From Utricularia gibba (lineage: Eukaryota > Plantae > Magnoliophyta), in assembly GCA_002189035.1 (NCBI GenBank), contig NEEC01000018.1, forward strand, positions 1,426,001 through 1,490,000: a stretch of 64,000 bases of DNA, given 5' to 3'. The position numbers and the translations under genes were made by a program. Of the stretch, positions 25,426 to 37,500 are shown piece after piece. The notes beneath the pieces are model-generated. The model saw only the letters and a list, made by a program, of their open reading frames with translations, did no database searches and was not told the DNA's origin. Position 1 is the first letter of the stretch; every line of letters begins with the position of its first letter.

Positions 25426-25502
25426 TGCCGCAGAGCACCAATCGAATCCAAGATTTTGATTTTTCAAATCAAACCCCTGGAATCAAGGAATGGTGGCAGA
25501 TC

Positions 25503-25628
25503 GAGGAAACCGATTCTGGCCAGAAAAACAATGGACAAAGTCAACGAGCAATCCCTCCTTCGCCGGCTTTCACCCGAGAAAAACCGTGAAGTCAACAAGA
25601 ACAAATACGTCATCGTTTTTCAGTGATT
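25503..25628 (+). repeat. Copy 1 of a diverged ~125-bp direct repeat (DUF212 5'UTR/promoter)
   Basis: GAGGAAACCGA...ACAAAGTCAAC...AACCGTGAAGTCAAC...ACAAA.ACGT.AT aligns with 27746-27868. Confidence 0.8.
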
Positions 25629-26282
25629 ATATATACATATATATAATGTACGTATGTATATATCCCATGTGATATATTGTTACCGTACTAAAATTTTACA
25701 TTTTCTCAAACTTAGCCACTAACAGTACTTCCTGAGTGCCATTGTCTTACTATTGTCACTAATTCGGATTTAACTTGAATATCAAATGTAACGATTCATA
25801 ATATTCTTGTATAACATTCGAAAAGCAACTTTCACGTTTTCATGTATATAGGATAGATAATAATTAATATAAATATATTTGAAGTTCTAAATAAATGTAA
25901 TGAATAACATCAGACTTTGAAAAATATTTATTATTTAATAATAAATATAATGTAATTCACAAATAAATCTGATCTAAAAATGCATAATTATGTTTATAGT
26001 GACATAAATAAATTTATTATTTTATCCATTACTCAACCGGGCCGGTTCGAATATCCAGAAAAGAAAACACACACACACACAAAAAACACTTGAGACAAAA
26101 CGGCTAGAATTCAGGCAGCTTAAGATGAAACAGATCCGGAAAAGGTTCCGGCTGCAAAACCTGGCGGCGCACCGGAGTGGACGGCTTTCCGATCAAATTG
26201 CGGAGCCGCCGGGCTTTATCCAACTGACTGTGCTTACTTGGTGTTTGCTTCATTGATTAATGCTAATGAACTGGGAAATGAA

Positions 26283-27232
26283 TTAAGGCGCATCATTGCC
26301 ATCGCAAAAATCGGACTTACCCGCCGTCGGCGGAATCTCGAAGTGCCATAATCTACCAGCTCCACTCACCCGATACCTCCGGCACAAAAACCTCTCCGCG
26401 TACGTTTTCTCCACTTCTCTGTCCACATCATGGAGGAAAATATGCGTATTTCCAGGTTTCTTACGACTCCTCGCCATCACCGCCGCCGAGTATATCGCCG
26501 CCATCCTCCCCGGTGCCTCCGGGTAGTACCCCCGTGGCGCGTCGATCATGATCATATCCCACTCCGTATCGTAAACTCGATTCGACAGCATATTAAGCGC
26601 CAATCTAGAAATTCCAGTTTCGAATCAATTCAAGTTTCGCAGCAGATGACGACGAGGGATTTTTTGCATCCACTGGTTTACCTGCATTTTTCGTTGCCGC
26701 GGAGGGACGTATTCTCCGGCCAGCACTGCGATTCAGACTCGTAATGTCGCAGGAGGCCATCCGCCTCGGAGAGGTTTGTTCGGTACGGCACCGTATCCGC
26801 TCTCAACGTCGGCGCGTCCTTCAACACGCTCTCCACCCATTTCGGATCCTCCTCTAAGAAAAGCGTTCTCCCACCGGAGTTCAACCCGGCCCACATCAGC
26901 GAATCGTAACCCAACCCGAAAACCAGAAAATCGCACGGCGCGATTCTCTTCAACACCTCCAACGACACCGTGATCTCCTCCAAGCTCTGCTGCGGCACCA
27001 CCTTCGAAGTCGCGTAGTGAACAAGAGCGTCCATATCAACAGCCACGCTCCGATCACCGGAGACTTTGCTCTGCCAGGCGCCGCCTCTCCCACAGGAGAT
27101 AGGCGTCAGGAATGGGCTCACCAGGAAAGAGTACCCGGCCGCCGTGACTCCGATGACGGCCAGGAAGAGATAGAGACCCCATAGATTCTCCGGCATGACG
27201 CGACTGCGGATACTTTCTAGGATTTGCTTCAT
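26283..27232 (-). CDS. DUF579 polysaccharide O-methyltransferase, arabinogalactan methyltransferase (AGM1/2) type, 2 exons
   Basis: ALVHYATSKVVPQQS, FLVFGLGYDSLMW, TLFLEEDPKW, WDMIMIDAPRGY, PGRMAAIYSAAVMAR, THIFLHDVDR. A 77-nt GT-AG intron (26681-26605) joins KC-R-LALN. Start may be 27196. Confidence 0.9.
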
Positions 27233-27745
27233 GGATTTGGATCAAGGAAGATGATCGGAACTCGGCCAGATCCATTAAAATGGAAGTCGGAGAAAAGAAC
27301 CGTAGTACTAACAATCTAACACCAACCAATTGTACCATACTACAAACAAATATTAAATAGGATTTATATTCAAACGTAATTATATTTCATAAAATAGTTT
27401 AACAATATATCAATTTTTTATAAAATTAAATATTTAAGAACTCGTTGGCCATCCTTGATGAATTAATTATATGAAAAAAAATCGTACATACTCAATTAAA
27501 ATTTATAATTTGAATTTCAAATGAGAATGGAAAACTAGCCGCTTTTGTAAATAACCACTAAATTACAGATTTTATTAAATAATCAAAAATTATCTATCAA
27601 ACAAACTTTAATTCTAACTATACAATATTTATTTATTTAAATACAAATATATCAAATATATTATTAATTATACTATGTTATTAAATACACGCTAAATGTA
27701 ATTAAAATAAAATGCAAATAGGAATCAAATCCAGGAATCGAAATC

Positions 27746-27868
27746 GAGGAAACCGAATCGAGCCCAAAAAAAATTTACAAAGTCAACCAACAATCCCTTC
27801 TCCGCCTTCCTTCACACGTCACGAACCGTGAAGTCAACGAGCACAAACACGTGATGGCTTTTCATTGG
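27746..27868 (+). repeat. Copy 2 of the diverged direct repeat (orphan DUF212 promoter/5'UTR relic)
   Basis: Colinear similarity to 25503-25628, with no DUF212 coding sequence next to it. Confidence 0.75.
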
Positions 27869-28374
27869 TTGGATAATATTTTTTATCTATATATTTTAAT
27901 TATGTATATTTATTACCAGATTCTGTCGTAATTCCAAAGTTGAGCATACTAATAATTTTGCTAGAATGGTTGACGTAGTAGATATTCATCGTATTACATT
28001 TCTTTTTTGCATAGTACACGTGGAGGAGCTGCCATAGGCCTTTTGTATTATTGTAATTTAGCACAAAGTAGTTTATTTTTATCTATAAGATGACTCACAC
28101 TCACATCTATCTTGAGAATTGTGAACGATATTTTGTACATTTTAGATATTTAATTCTTATGATTTTACGTTATTCTATTTTAGGAAAAATATTCCTAAAA
28201 TTAGTAGTAAATCTTCTATTTAAGCATGTTCATTCTCCAATTCATAACTAATGTAGAATACCGTCAATACTTATACGTCTAGAAGTTTTGATAGGTATAG
28301 ATATACCACCATCAGGGTGCCTCATACTATAGGAATTTGGAGTGTTAATTAATTGTATTTCCCTTAGAACATAT

Positions 28375-28564
28375 TTAGTGATTTACGGAAATGATGACAT
28401 GGTTTTCTTTATTGAGTTTTCATGAAAAAACAGAATTTACTCAAATTGATTTCTGCACAATAGAGTTTATTCAAATTATTCATTTCCTTATAAATGAAAT
28501 TGATTTCTGGAAAGTCATGTTATCATTTCTGGAAATCTATGTCATCATTTTTTAAAATCACTAA
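28375..28564. mobile_element. Small MITE-like inverted-repeat element
   Basis: 26-bp terminal inverted repeats, 22/26 identical (TTAGTGATTTACGGAAATGATGACAT vs ATGTCATCATTTTTTAAAATCACTAA). No TSD resolved. Confidence 0.4.
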
Positions 28565-28589
28565 AAATTTTCTTATTGTCATTCATGTC

Positions 28590-28998
28590 TAGAGGTGGGC
28601 ACGGGTCCGACTCATCTGGTCACGGGTCGAACCCGCCGGTTAAAAAATGAAATGGCTGACTCGGCGTACGAGTTGACGGGTTGGATGGGTTGACCCGTCC
28701 CGGGTTGACACGTGTCATTATTTTTTTTAATTTTAATAATATTAAATATATTAATATTTTTATTTGGAATAAAATATTAAATTTCGTTATTACAAAATTA
28801 ATAATATAACAGTATATAACAGGTGTCATTTACATTGACCCGCTGGGTCGACTCGTACACATGTACAACGACTCGTCCCGTACCCATGTACAACGACCCG
28901 TCCCGTACCCGTTTTCGACGGTTACGGGTTACGGATTGGACCCGTCACGGGTTGACCCGCTGGATACACGGGTCAACCCGTAACCGTGCCCAGCTCTA
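28590..28998. mobile_element. Non-autonomous hAT element (MITE, 409 bp)
   Basis: TIRs TAGAGGTGGGCACGG and CCGTGCCCAGCTCTA (14/15). Perfect 8-bp TSD TTCATGTC at 28582-28589 and 28999-29006. Dense subterminal GACCCG/CGGGT motifs around an AT-rich core. Confidence 0.92.
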
Positions 28999-29557
28999 TT
29001 CATGTCAAAGGTTAAAAAAACAAGAAAGTCATTTTGGATCGCCAACCATTTATGATAATGATTATTGAATTAAATTTTATAAAATCATAATTGAGCTACA
29101 ATTGAATTGTTTTATATCATGAATCACTTGCACGATTTTTTTTATACTAAAAGACCATGAATCCTCAATAACATTAAAAAACAAAAAGAAAAAACAACAA
29201 ATCAGAAAAAAACAAAGGTATTGTGGGCCAAGTTTGAGCCGACACCACGCCTCTGTTGTAAGTTTCTATCATCTCCACAGACCAGAAGATAAACACATGC
29301 ACACGCTGTCTTTCCTAGTTCCGTGCTTTGATCAATGTTTTAATTCTGAAAAAGAAAATCATGAACGATTTGTACAAACAGTTTGTAAATTGAAAGGTTT
29401 AATTGTAATTTAAAAAAGTATTTTTGAATATGTTTATTATAAAAAAACAAAACAATGATTAATTTTAACATTTTAAAATGATTTAATTAACTTGAGAGAA
29501 TGAAACATTTTTCCATCGGGGAAAAAGACAAAACCTTCCCCGGGCAGGCATCCTTCG

Positions 29558-29565
29558 CACGTGTC
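29558..29565 (+). promoter_or_regulatory. ABRE/G-box upstream of the ATHB7/12-like gene
   Basis: CACGTGTC about 170 bp before the ATG; fits the known ABA inducibility of this clade. Confidence 0.45.
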
Positions 29566-29727
29566 GTTCATGGAGTGGGGCGCCGGCCAGCCGAGGACGA
29601 AGGCAGGCGTTCCAGAGGATAACGAACTGTGATTTGTGGAATATCAATATTATGCTTCTTAGAAAGGACACATCTCCCAGTTTGCAGCCTCAGCGTAGAT
29701 CGGAGGTGTCACCGGCCCCCGAGCTCA

Positions 29728-30356
29728 ATGAAAACGCGTTTCAGTGAAGAGCAACTCCGGTCACTGGAGACCACCTTCGCGGAGGAGGAGCGGCCGGATC
29801 CCGGCACGAAGCTGCAGCTAGCGAAGAAGCTCGGACTGGAGCCGCGGCAGGTGGCGATATGGTTCCAGAACCGGAGGGCAAGGACTAAGTGCAAGCAGAT
29901 GGAAAGAGAGCTGGGTGCGCTCCAGGCCAACTACGATGAGATGGCGTTGCGGTTCGAGGAGCTCAAGAAAGAGAACCAACTTCTGCTACTTCAGGTACCG
30001 GGTTTCGCCCCAACTTTAGACGGAAAGCTTCACAATCTACAAAGGAACATGTAGAATCTCAATAAGCTATTCCGAACATGAAAAATGAGGTAGGCAGAAG
30101 GATCAAAGATAATGAAGTTTGCAAAATTTTACAGGTGCAGAGATTCAAAAAAATGGCGGGGATGACAGATGGGGGAGACGATTCCAATAGTCACAAAACG
30201 GCGGCAAACTGGGAACACCCAGAATTTCTAAGACAGTTAAGCAGTGAGATGGTGGATGCAAAGTATGATGTGAATCGAGGAGGTTACCTTGATGACGGTT
30301 CTTTTGATGATGGGTGTAGCTTCCAGTCTCACAGTTCCCGGTGCTGGGATTTCTGA
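29728..30356 (+). CDS. HD-Zip I transcription factor, ATHB7/ATHB12-like, 2 exons, diverged
   Basis: RFSEEQLRSLE...LGLEPRQVAIWFQNRRAR, leucine zipper, intron 29995-30134, C-terminal CWDF resembling the WWDFW tail of the clade. Confidence 0.85.
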
Positions 30357-30608
30357 TGCTTTGTTGCTATCTAGGATTTTGAAATAAGTACTTGTTCCAA
30401 TTCATGGTGATAATATATGAGAAATTGCTATCAACCATGAGTAAAAGGATCGTTCGTATCCATAATGCTTTTCCCATTAGCTACAGCAACATCAATGTTA
30501 ATGACAGTAGTTTCATACAAATCACGCCTCCATTAAAAAGCATTGCACTAGAAAACACATACAGCTTCTATCAGTAGTAAGGAAATCTGAGTACTTAAGC
30601 AAGACTTT

Positions 30609-31930
30609 TTAAGTCTCTGTCTTCACTTTTGTTTCACCATTGGGCAGTACGTTCTGCGCTTTTGCAGATCGTTTGGCCTCCTGTAAAAGATGTAAAATGT
30701 AAAAGCTTAACGAATAGATTCTCAGTTGGGAAACTCAAATTTGTAAGTGAATCTCTTATGAACATCAACAGAGAACAGTCAAATTTGTAAGTGCAGACAT
30801 GCATAGAAATAACTAACCGCAGCAGAGGAAGCACGTATTTTTCTGTAAGCTTCAACCTCATCGGGGAATGCTTGTTCTAGTTCCTCGAGGAGGTGATTTC
30901 GCATACCCTGCATCAGATAAAATGGATTCTAGTCACTCAAACATGAGTTTCAGGTAATAAGTAAACATTATTTAGAAAGACAGTCTAGCAATAGGGAGGC
31001 AATATCATGAAAGACCTTAAAAATTTATTCTTCCCACTTTCAACTCAAGACCATGAAAAAATTAGCAGGAAAATATTGAAGTGACTGAGGCGACATCCGT
31101 ACAAGATTAACAGCCAATGAATATAGTTAACGTATGTATTCGAAGAATCCAGTGGTTATTCTAAGCAGAGACACCGACCTTGAACGCATCTGCCTTCCCC
31201 TTAGTAATCTGATTCTTTAAGATGCAGCTATTCAGTACGCCCCTCGTAAATTCATCTGGGTTCTTCCCGTCATCTATCAAACTGTATCCCATTCACCCAC
31301 TCCTTTAACAGAGTCCCAAATCGTACACAACGCATCATCCTGATAAAAAGTAGCGAAACCCAGCAATTGAAATTCTAAAAAGTGATGAATCTTACTTCAG
31401 AACCTCCACAGGCACTTGAATGTGGCATTTATCCGCCAGCCTGGACATATTATCCAGCTCCAACACTAAATTGTTCCTTCAAATCGAAAAAAATAATCTC
31501 CCAATCAAATACACCAAACGAGAAGACATGTCACATGTCTAGCTAGAGAATTCAACAAATTGTTTGATTTCGGCAGATGCAAATCCATGAAAATAAAACC
31601 TATTAGAGTTTCGTTTTATGTCAGCAATATTCTAGCAGCATCCACCAAGGGGGCAAAGACACGAAATTCAGTAATCAAAAGAGAAATCACATACATACGC
31701 TGAAGAAGCGGAAGTTGCGAGGCAACATTGTACGAGGAAACGGTAAGATAGAGCTGGTGGAGAATCCCTAGGGTTTTCTGGATGGAATTAATGACTTGAT
31801 TCAGGTTTTGCTTCTGATCATCCGCCGGGGTTCCGGCGGTAGTTGCGGAAGATTCCATCGGCGACGCCTCTTCAGATTGAGCAAGCATCATCCCATTCCC
31901 TCCGGCCGCGGCGGTCGTTGCTGAATCCAT
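30609..31930 (-). CDS. MED10: Mediator subunit 10, 5 exons
   Basis: KQNLNQVINSIQKTLGILHQLYLTVSSY, IQVPVEVLNLIDDGKNPDEFT, ITKGKADAFK, LLEELEQAFPDEVEAYR, LPNGETKVKTE. Confidence 0.92.
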
Positions 31931-32241
31931 AGTTTCACTTTTTTCCTTCAATTTCGCGCAATGGTTTCTGTCACACATCTTTCTTATATATATAATATAA
32001 ATACGAAAATAATATATTATTTCCAGGAAATATATAATATTTTAATGATTTTTTGTGACAATTTAATTAGTATTTTTTGAATTTGTATTACCATCCCGTT
32101 TTGATGGAACGGGAAATTTTTCTGCGGAACTTCGGACGCGCGTCGGGGCCGGGGCTTTGAAGATCTCCAGGCGCAAGGTTTAGCTGATTTCTAGATCGAA
32201 ATTGACGAAAGATTCGCAGCTTTTGGGCGATTTTTTCCCCG

Positions 32242-33773
32242 ATGGTGAACTTGTATGTGCGTGCGTTTCCTCCGACGGATCTGAATCGGAATACGGAGTG
32301 GTTCGCCTACCCCGGTGTGTGGACTGCGTACATTCTCATACTGCTCTTCTTGTGGCTTTTGGTGCTCTCAGTTTTCGGCTGCTCCGCAGGCATGGCGTGG
32401 ACCGTTGTTCATCTCTTCCATTCCATCGTATGCCCTCGCCGCTCACCTGAAAAAAATGTTTTGTTTGTACTTTTTTTAATCCATTTTTGTTGATTATATA
32501 GTGAGCGTTGCTGTGTGATCGATTATGATGGGGCAGGAGGGATAACATTTACGGTTTTCTACCTATTGGAGATGACACTTTGCAATTTCCATACAAAGTT
32601 ATGCTGCCTGTCTTATAGTTTGGTTGACTGTCCATGGTTGTATGCTGGTATCTCGATAGTGAGAAAAATTGCTCTTTAGATTTAAATATAAAGCAAACAG
32701 TTGTGTGTAGAGTGGCCGAGGGAAGTTACTGTTGTCTGCCTCAAGAGGTATTAATATTCTGGCTGTTGGAGAGTTGGCTTTCTTAGATCAATCGGGGTGT
32801 TATTGTTTTTCTTTATATAGTTTCCAATTTCAAGTTGTCATATGATTCATTTTCAGCAAGAGAGAGCATGCTTGTGGGGAAACATCAAAGTTCTGGTAGT
32901 TGTTCAGCTGAAATTAACTGAACTTTTGTGAATAGTGTATGCTGTCAAACGTTGCCTTTTTCTAGTGTTTGCATGCTATCCTTGCTTACCAGTCATGGAC
33001 TAGTTATCGCCTGATAGAATAGAAATAGAAATCCCAATCTAGCTTTACAAGTGCGTGTATTGCACGGCCATTTAGAAAAAATGGCCACTCTCACACTCTC
33101 TCAAACATTGAAATATTATGCATGCTTGGAAGATCTGTTTCCTTTTTCCTTTGAAGGAAATGTGCAAGCCAGTCTACTTTGCAATTACCGTTCTCATGAC
33201 TAGGTGATTTTGGTGTTTAATTCAGGTTACTTATCACTTCTTCCACTGGAAGAAGGGTACACCTTTTGCCGATGATCAGGGCATTTACAATAAGCTGACA
33301 TGGTGGGAGCAAATCGACAGCGGCAAGCAACTCACTCACAATAGGAAGTTTTTAACAGTGATACCTGCTCTGCTGTAAGCCCTCTATTCGCAGTTTTTCT
33401 TTCTTTTCCAAAACTAAAAAGTTCGCATAGGCAGAAAGCATGATCCCCTCTCCCAAAGAGTGTCCCGAATAACTTCTGAAAGTAATGCAAAGTAGAAACA
33501 GGAAGTAGATCTGAACTTACTTTCTACTCACTTTTTGAAAAAAAGTGGAGAAGCAACAAATTTCTGAATGTTATTACACAAGCATCTTGCGTGTTGGATT
33601 GATCAAAACCCTCTTCCCTGTCCCCTTGCTGCAGGTACCTTACAGCTTCTCACGCAACCAATTATGAAAGCCCCATGCTCCTTATCAACACCGTGGCAGT
33701 TTTCATTCTGGTGGTTGCCAAGTTCCCCCATATGCACAAAGTTCGCATCTTTGGAATCAATGCTGATCAATGA
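32242..33773 (+). CDS. ORM: ORMDL/ORM sphingolipid biosynthesis regulator, 3 exons
   Basis: PPTDLNRNTEWF.YPGVW, FFHWKKGTPFADDQG, LTWWEQID.GKQLT.NRKFLT, KFPHMHKVRIFGIN. Exons 32242-32427, 33226-33374, 33635-33773. Confidence 0.93.
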
Positions 33774-34544
33774 AGGCGTCGCAATGGTGATAAATGGCTC
33801 AAAAAGGGAGAGATTGATATATTTTTTTTCCCGTTAGCATCATAATGTCGCTGTGGTGATAAATGTAGTCAAATTTCGGCAGTGGAGTCATTAGGACCAA
33901 CCAATGGAAGATTAGCGGCTAGTCAATGCTTGATTTGCAAACAGGTATTATGTATGTTATGAACCATGTTGATATTAATAAAATAATATATAGTATAATT
34001 AAATATAAAAATTTAGTTCAATCAAAATTTAAAATAAATATTTATACTAATTTAAATTTGTATTATCAATATAAGAATCTAATTTTGTAACTTAAATTCA
34101 ATATGAAATTCATTTTACTCACTCAAACAAAACAAATATTTTAATATCATGTTGAAATTAAATATTTAATAAAATTTTTAAATATATATTTAAAAAATAT
34201 TGTTTTTAATTAATTATTAATAATATATAAAAAGTGTTTTATAAAATTTTTAAAACGTATTTATATTTTTCAGAAATAAAAATAGTTTTGTTTTAAAATA
34301 TTTTAAATTGTAAAAATAATTTTATCAAAAAATTTTAAAATTATAACTATAAAAGTTATTTTTGGAAAAATAATTAATTTGTTACTTTTACTTTTTATTT
34401 CCATTTTTCAAAAATAATTTGAAAAACTAAAAATAGGTTTCAAAAATTTTCTAGTAATATAGTTTTATTATAATTCAATTATTTTAATTTTAAATTCTAA
34501 CGAATATTATTTGTTCTAATATTCGCTAAAAACACTGCGCCCCA

Positions 34545-37500
34545 TTTTTAAACGGCTGAATTTGGGTTTAGGCACCTGACACCTCTTTCTCTTTATCACA
34601 AAACAATACTTCGGAAAGTATTTGGTGCAGGGCACCTGTTTTCATTTATATTTTTTTAATGTGTTTTAAAACAAATAATTATTAACATTTTACATAATCA
34701 ATATAAGTCTTATTTGTAAGGATTTATTACTATAACGTTTTTTAAGTAATTTATATATAAATTTAATGTCAAAGTTTTTAAATAACAATAAAAAAATGTA
34801 ATATTTGAATAACAACTTAGTTATTAAATAATAAATAGTAAAAAATGAGACTTAGTTACAAACCGTTTGGACAAATCAAATAAACCATTTTTTATTACAA
34901 TTAATAATGAAGTTTTTATATATTTAATGATTTTAGTGAAATAAAACAAATTTGATGGCAAAAATGAAAACAATTCTCATGTTTAATGGTTTGTATACAT
35001 TTTTCCAAAAAATAAATATAAACTTTCAATACAAATATTCTTTACTTTGCTTGGTATCATAAAAATACATTTCTTATTTTCAAAGTTATTCTATATTTTG
35101 TCTATAAAAGCCTTGCAGCCGTTCATTGATAAATCATTCATTATTTTAGTTGCTCAATTAATGGCTCAAATTACTTTTAAGTTGTTCTTTGGAGGTTCTT
35201 TTATCAATGATCTTCATACCGGGTACATGCATTATGATCGAAATCCGGTAAGCATTATTATTGTTCAGCCTAATCTGTCATATGAAGAATTGCTCAGGAA
35301 TATTTGTAGAGAATTGAATATAAATCCTAATTTATATTCAATTCGGATCACCGCCAAATTCTTCAACGCAAATACAAGTGATATTAGTTATGTCCCACTT
35401 ACAAATACGGATTTGTTGCGTTGGATATTGATGTCACATAACAGGGATTCGAGTATTGAACTTTATATTGATACGGAAAGTTCGGGTTTTCCTTCTTCCT
35501 CTAATTGGCATGGTAATTATTTAATTATTTCAAATTTATTTTTTTACATATAATTTGTCAACATTTACAATTTCACAATTTCAGGTGATGAACATAATTT
35601 GAATACTCCATATTTTGAGAATCAAAACACAAATAGAGATATCAACTATAATGACAACTTTGATCCATTTGATCCTAATTTTGGTTTTTCAACGGCTTAT
35701 CAACAACCAATACAAGAAAATGGTTAGATTTGCATTTTTATAAGGTTAAAATATTTTTTTCAGTATTTAATAAATATTTAATTTTTTTTTTATCAACTTT
35801 TGAACATTATGATGAGGTTAACACTGATGAAGATGACCCGACATATATACCAACTGATCATGATGACTCAGATGAAATGCATGCAGATAGTATTTCTAAT
35901 ATGGTGACAGATGTTGAAGAAGAGATTCCTAAATATGAATCACAAGAAGATGAAACATCCTCACCACCAGAAATGTGGCAGGATGCATCTATGCAAAGTG
36001 ACTATTCAATGAATTACTATAATGAAGATTCAAAAGAGCTATCAATTGGCATGCATTTTAAAGACAAGCAAGCTTTGAAGGATGCTGTGAAATTATACAA
36101 TATCAACGTCAAAAGGGAGTACATATTACGAAGAGGAAATAATTCACTTTATGCTGTTAAATGTCTGCAACCAAATTGTTCTTGGTCTTTGAATGCAGGG
36201 CCACAAAAACGAACAGGCACATGGAAGATTTCTTCATACAATGGGCCTCATACATGTGAGCTAAGAAACTCTTTGGCTAAAAAACATGTTAACTTGACAT
36301 CTGACTTCATTGCTCCTCGAATCATCCATCTTATATTGGATACAAATGCAAAGATAACAACTAGAGCAATTCAAGCTTATATCAAAAGAGAGTATAAGTT
36401 TACAATTTCTTATTGGCAAGCATGGATGGCTTTGACTAAGGCATATGAGTTACAATATGGTTCATGGGATGATTCATGTGCTGAGTTACCAAATTATCTT
36501 GAAGAGGTGAAACGGCAAAATCCGGGTACTATTGTGAATTTTGAGAATAATATAGATGCTGAAGGGAGACAACTCCTAAAATATGTTTTCTGGGCTTTTG
36601 GATTTGCTATAGAAGCTTTTAAATATTGCAGACCAGTGCTTTGTGTTGACGCAACACATCTCTACGGTGGTTATAAGTATGTATTATTGGCTGCAGTAGC
36701 TATTGATGCAAATAATCATATATTGCCTGTGGCATATGGGTTTGTGCCTTCAGAATCAGGTTCATCTTGGAAATGGTTCTTAGATAATCTTGATATTCAT
36801 GTTGTTCGTGAACGTCAAGTATGTATCATAAGTGATCGAGGGTCAGGTTTAGTAGCTGCTTATGGGAAAATTCCGAAGTTTAGTCCTCCTCTTGGGAATC
36901 ATAAATGGTGTCTTTATCATTTAAGGAGTAATTGCTTGAAATACAACAAAAAGAAGTCTACATCACGGATTAAGGATCTCATATGGTCTGCTGCTGTCGC
37001 ACGAACAGAAAAAGAATTCTTAGAAAGAATGCAAGCGGTTTATGATTCATGTCCTGGAGCATATAAATATATGATGGATATACCTGTTGAATTGTGGACA
37101 TTAGTTTACGATAATGGAGACAGGTATGTAATTTTAATATATTTTAAAATTCTAAATTTATTTCTTAACATATTTATGTTTGTGAAGACACACCATTATG
37201 ACGACAAATCATGTGGAGGCATTAAATGGTGTGCTCAAAGGAACTCGACGCCTTCCTCCTACTGCTATTGCAAAGGTTTTTTTTCTTATTTCAACCATCA
37301 TTATGAAATTAAATATAAATAACTAAATGATTATGCAGGTCACATTTGAGAAAGAGCTTTATTATTTTGGGAAAGGCAAAGAGAGAGCTACTAAATATCG
37401 TGCACAAGGAAAATATTTTGCGGAAAAAATTGAACAAGTTTACAAGCATCACGAGGAACAAGTTCAAAACCTTCTTTGCAAAAGATATAATGATCGAAAC

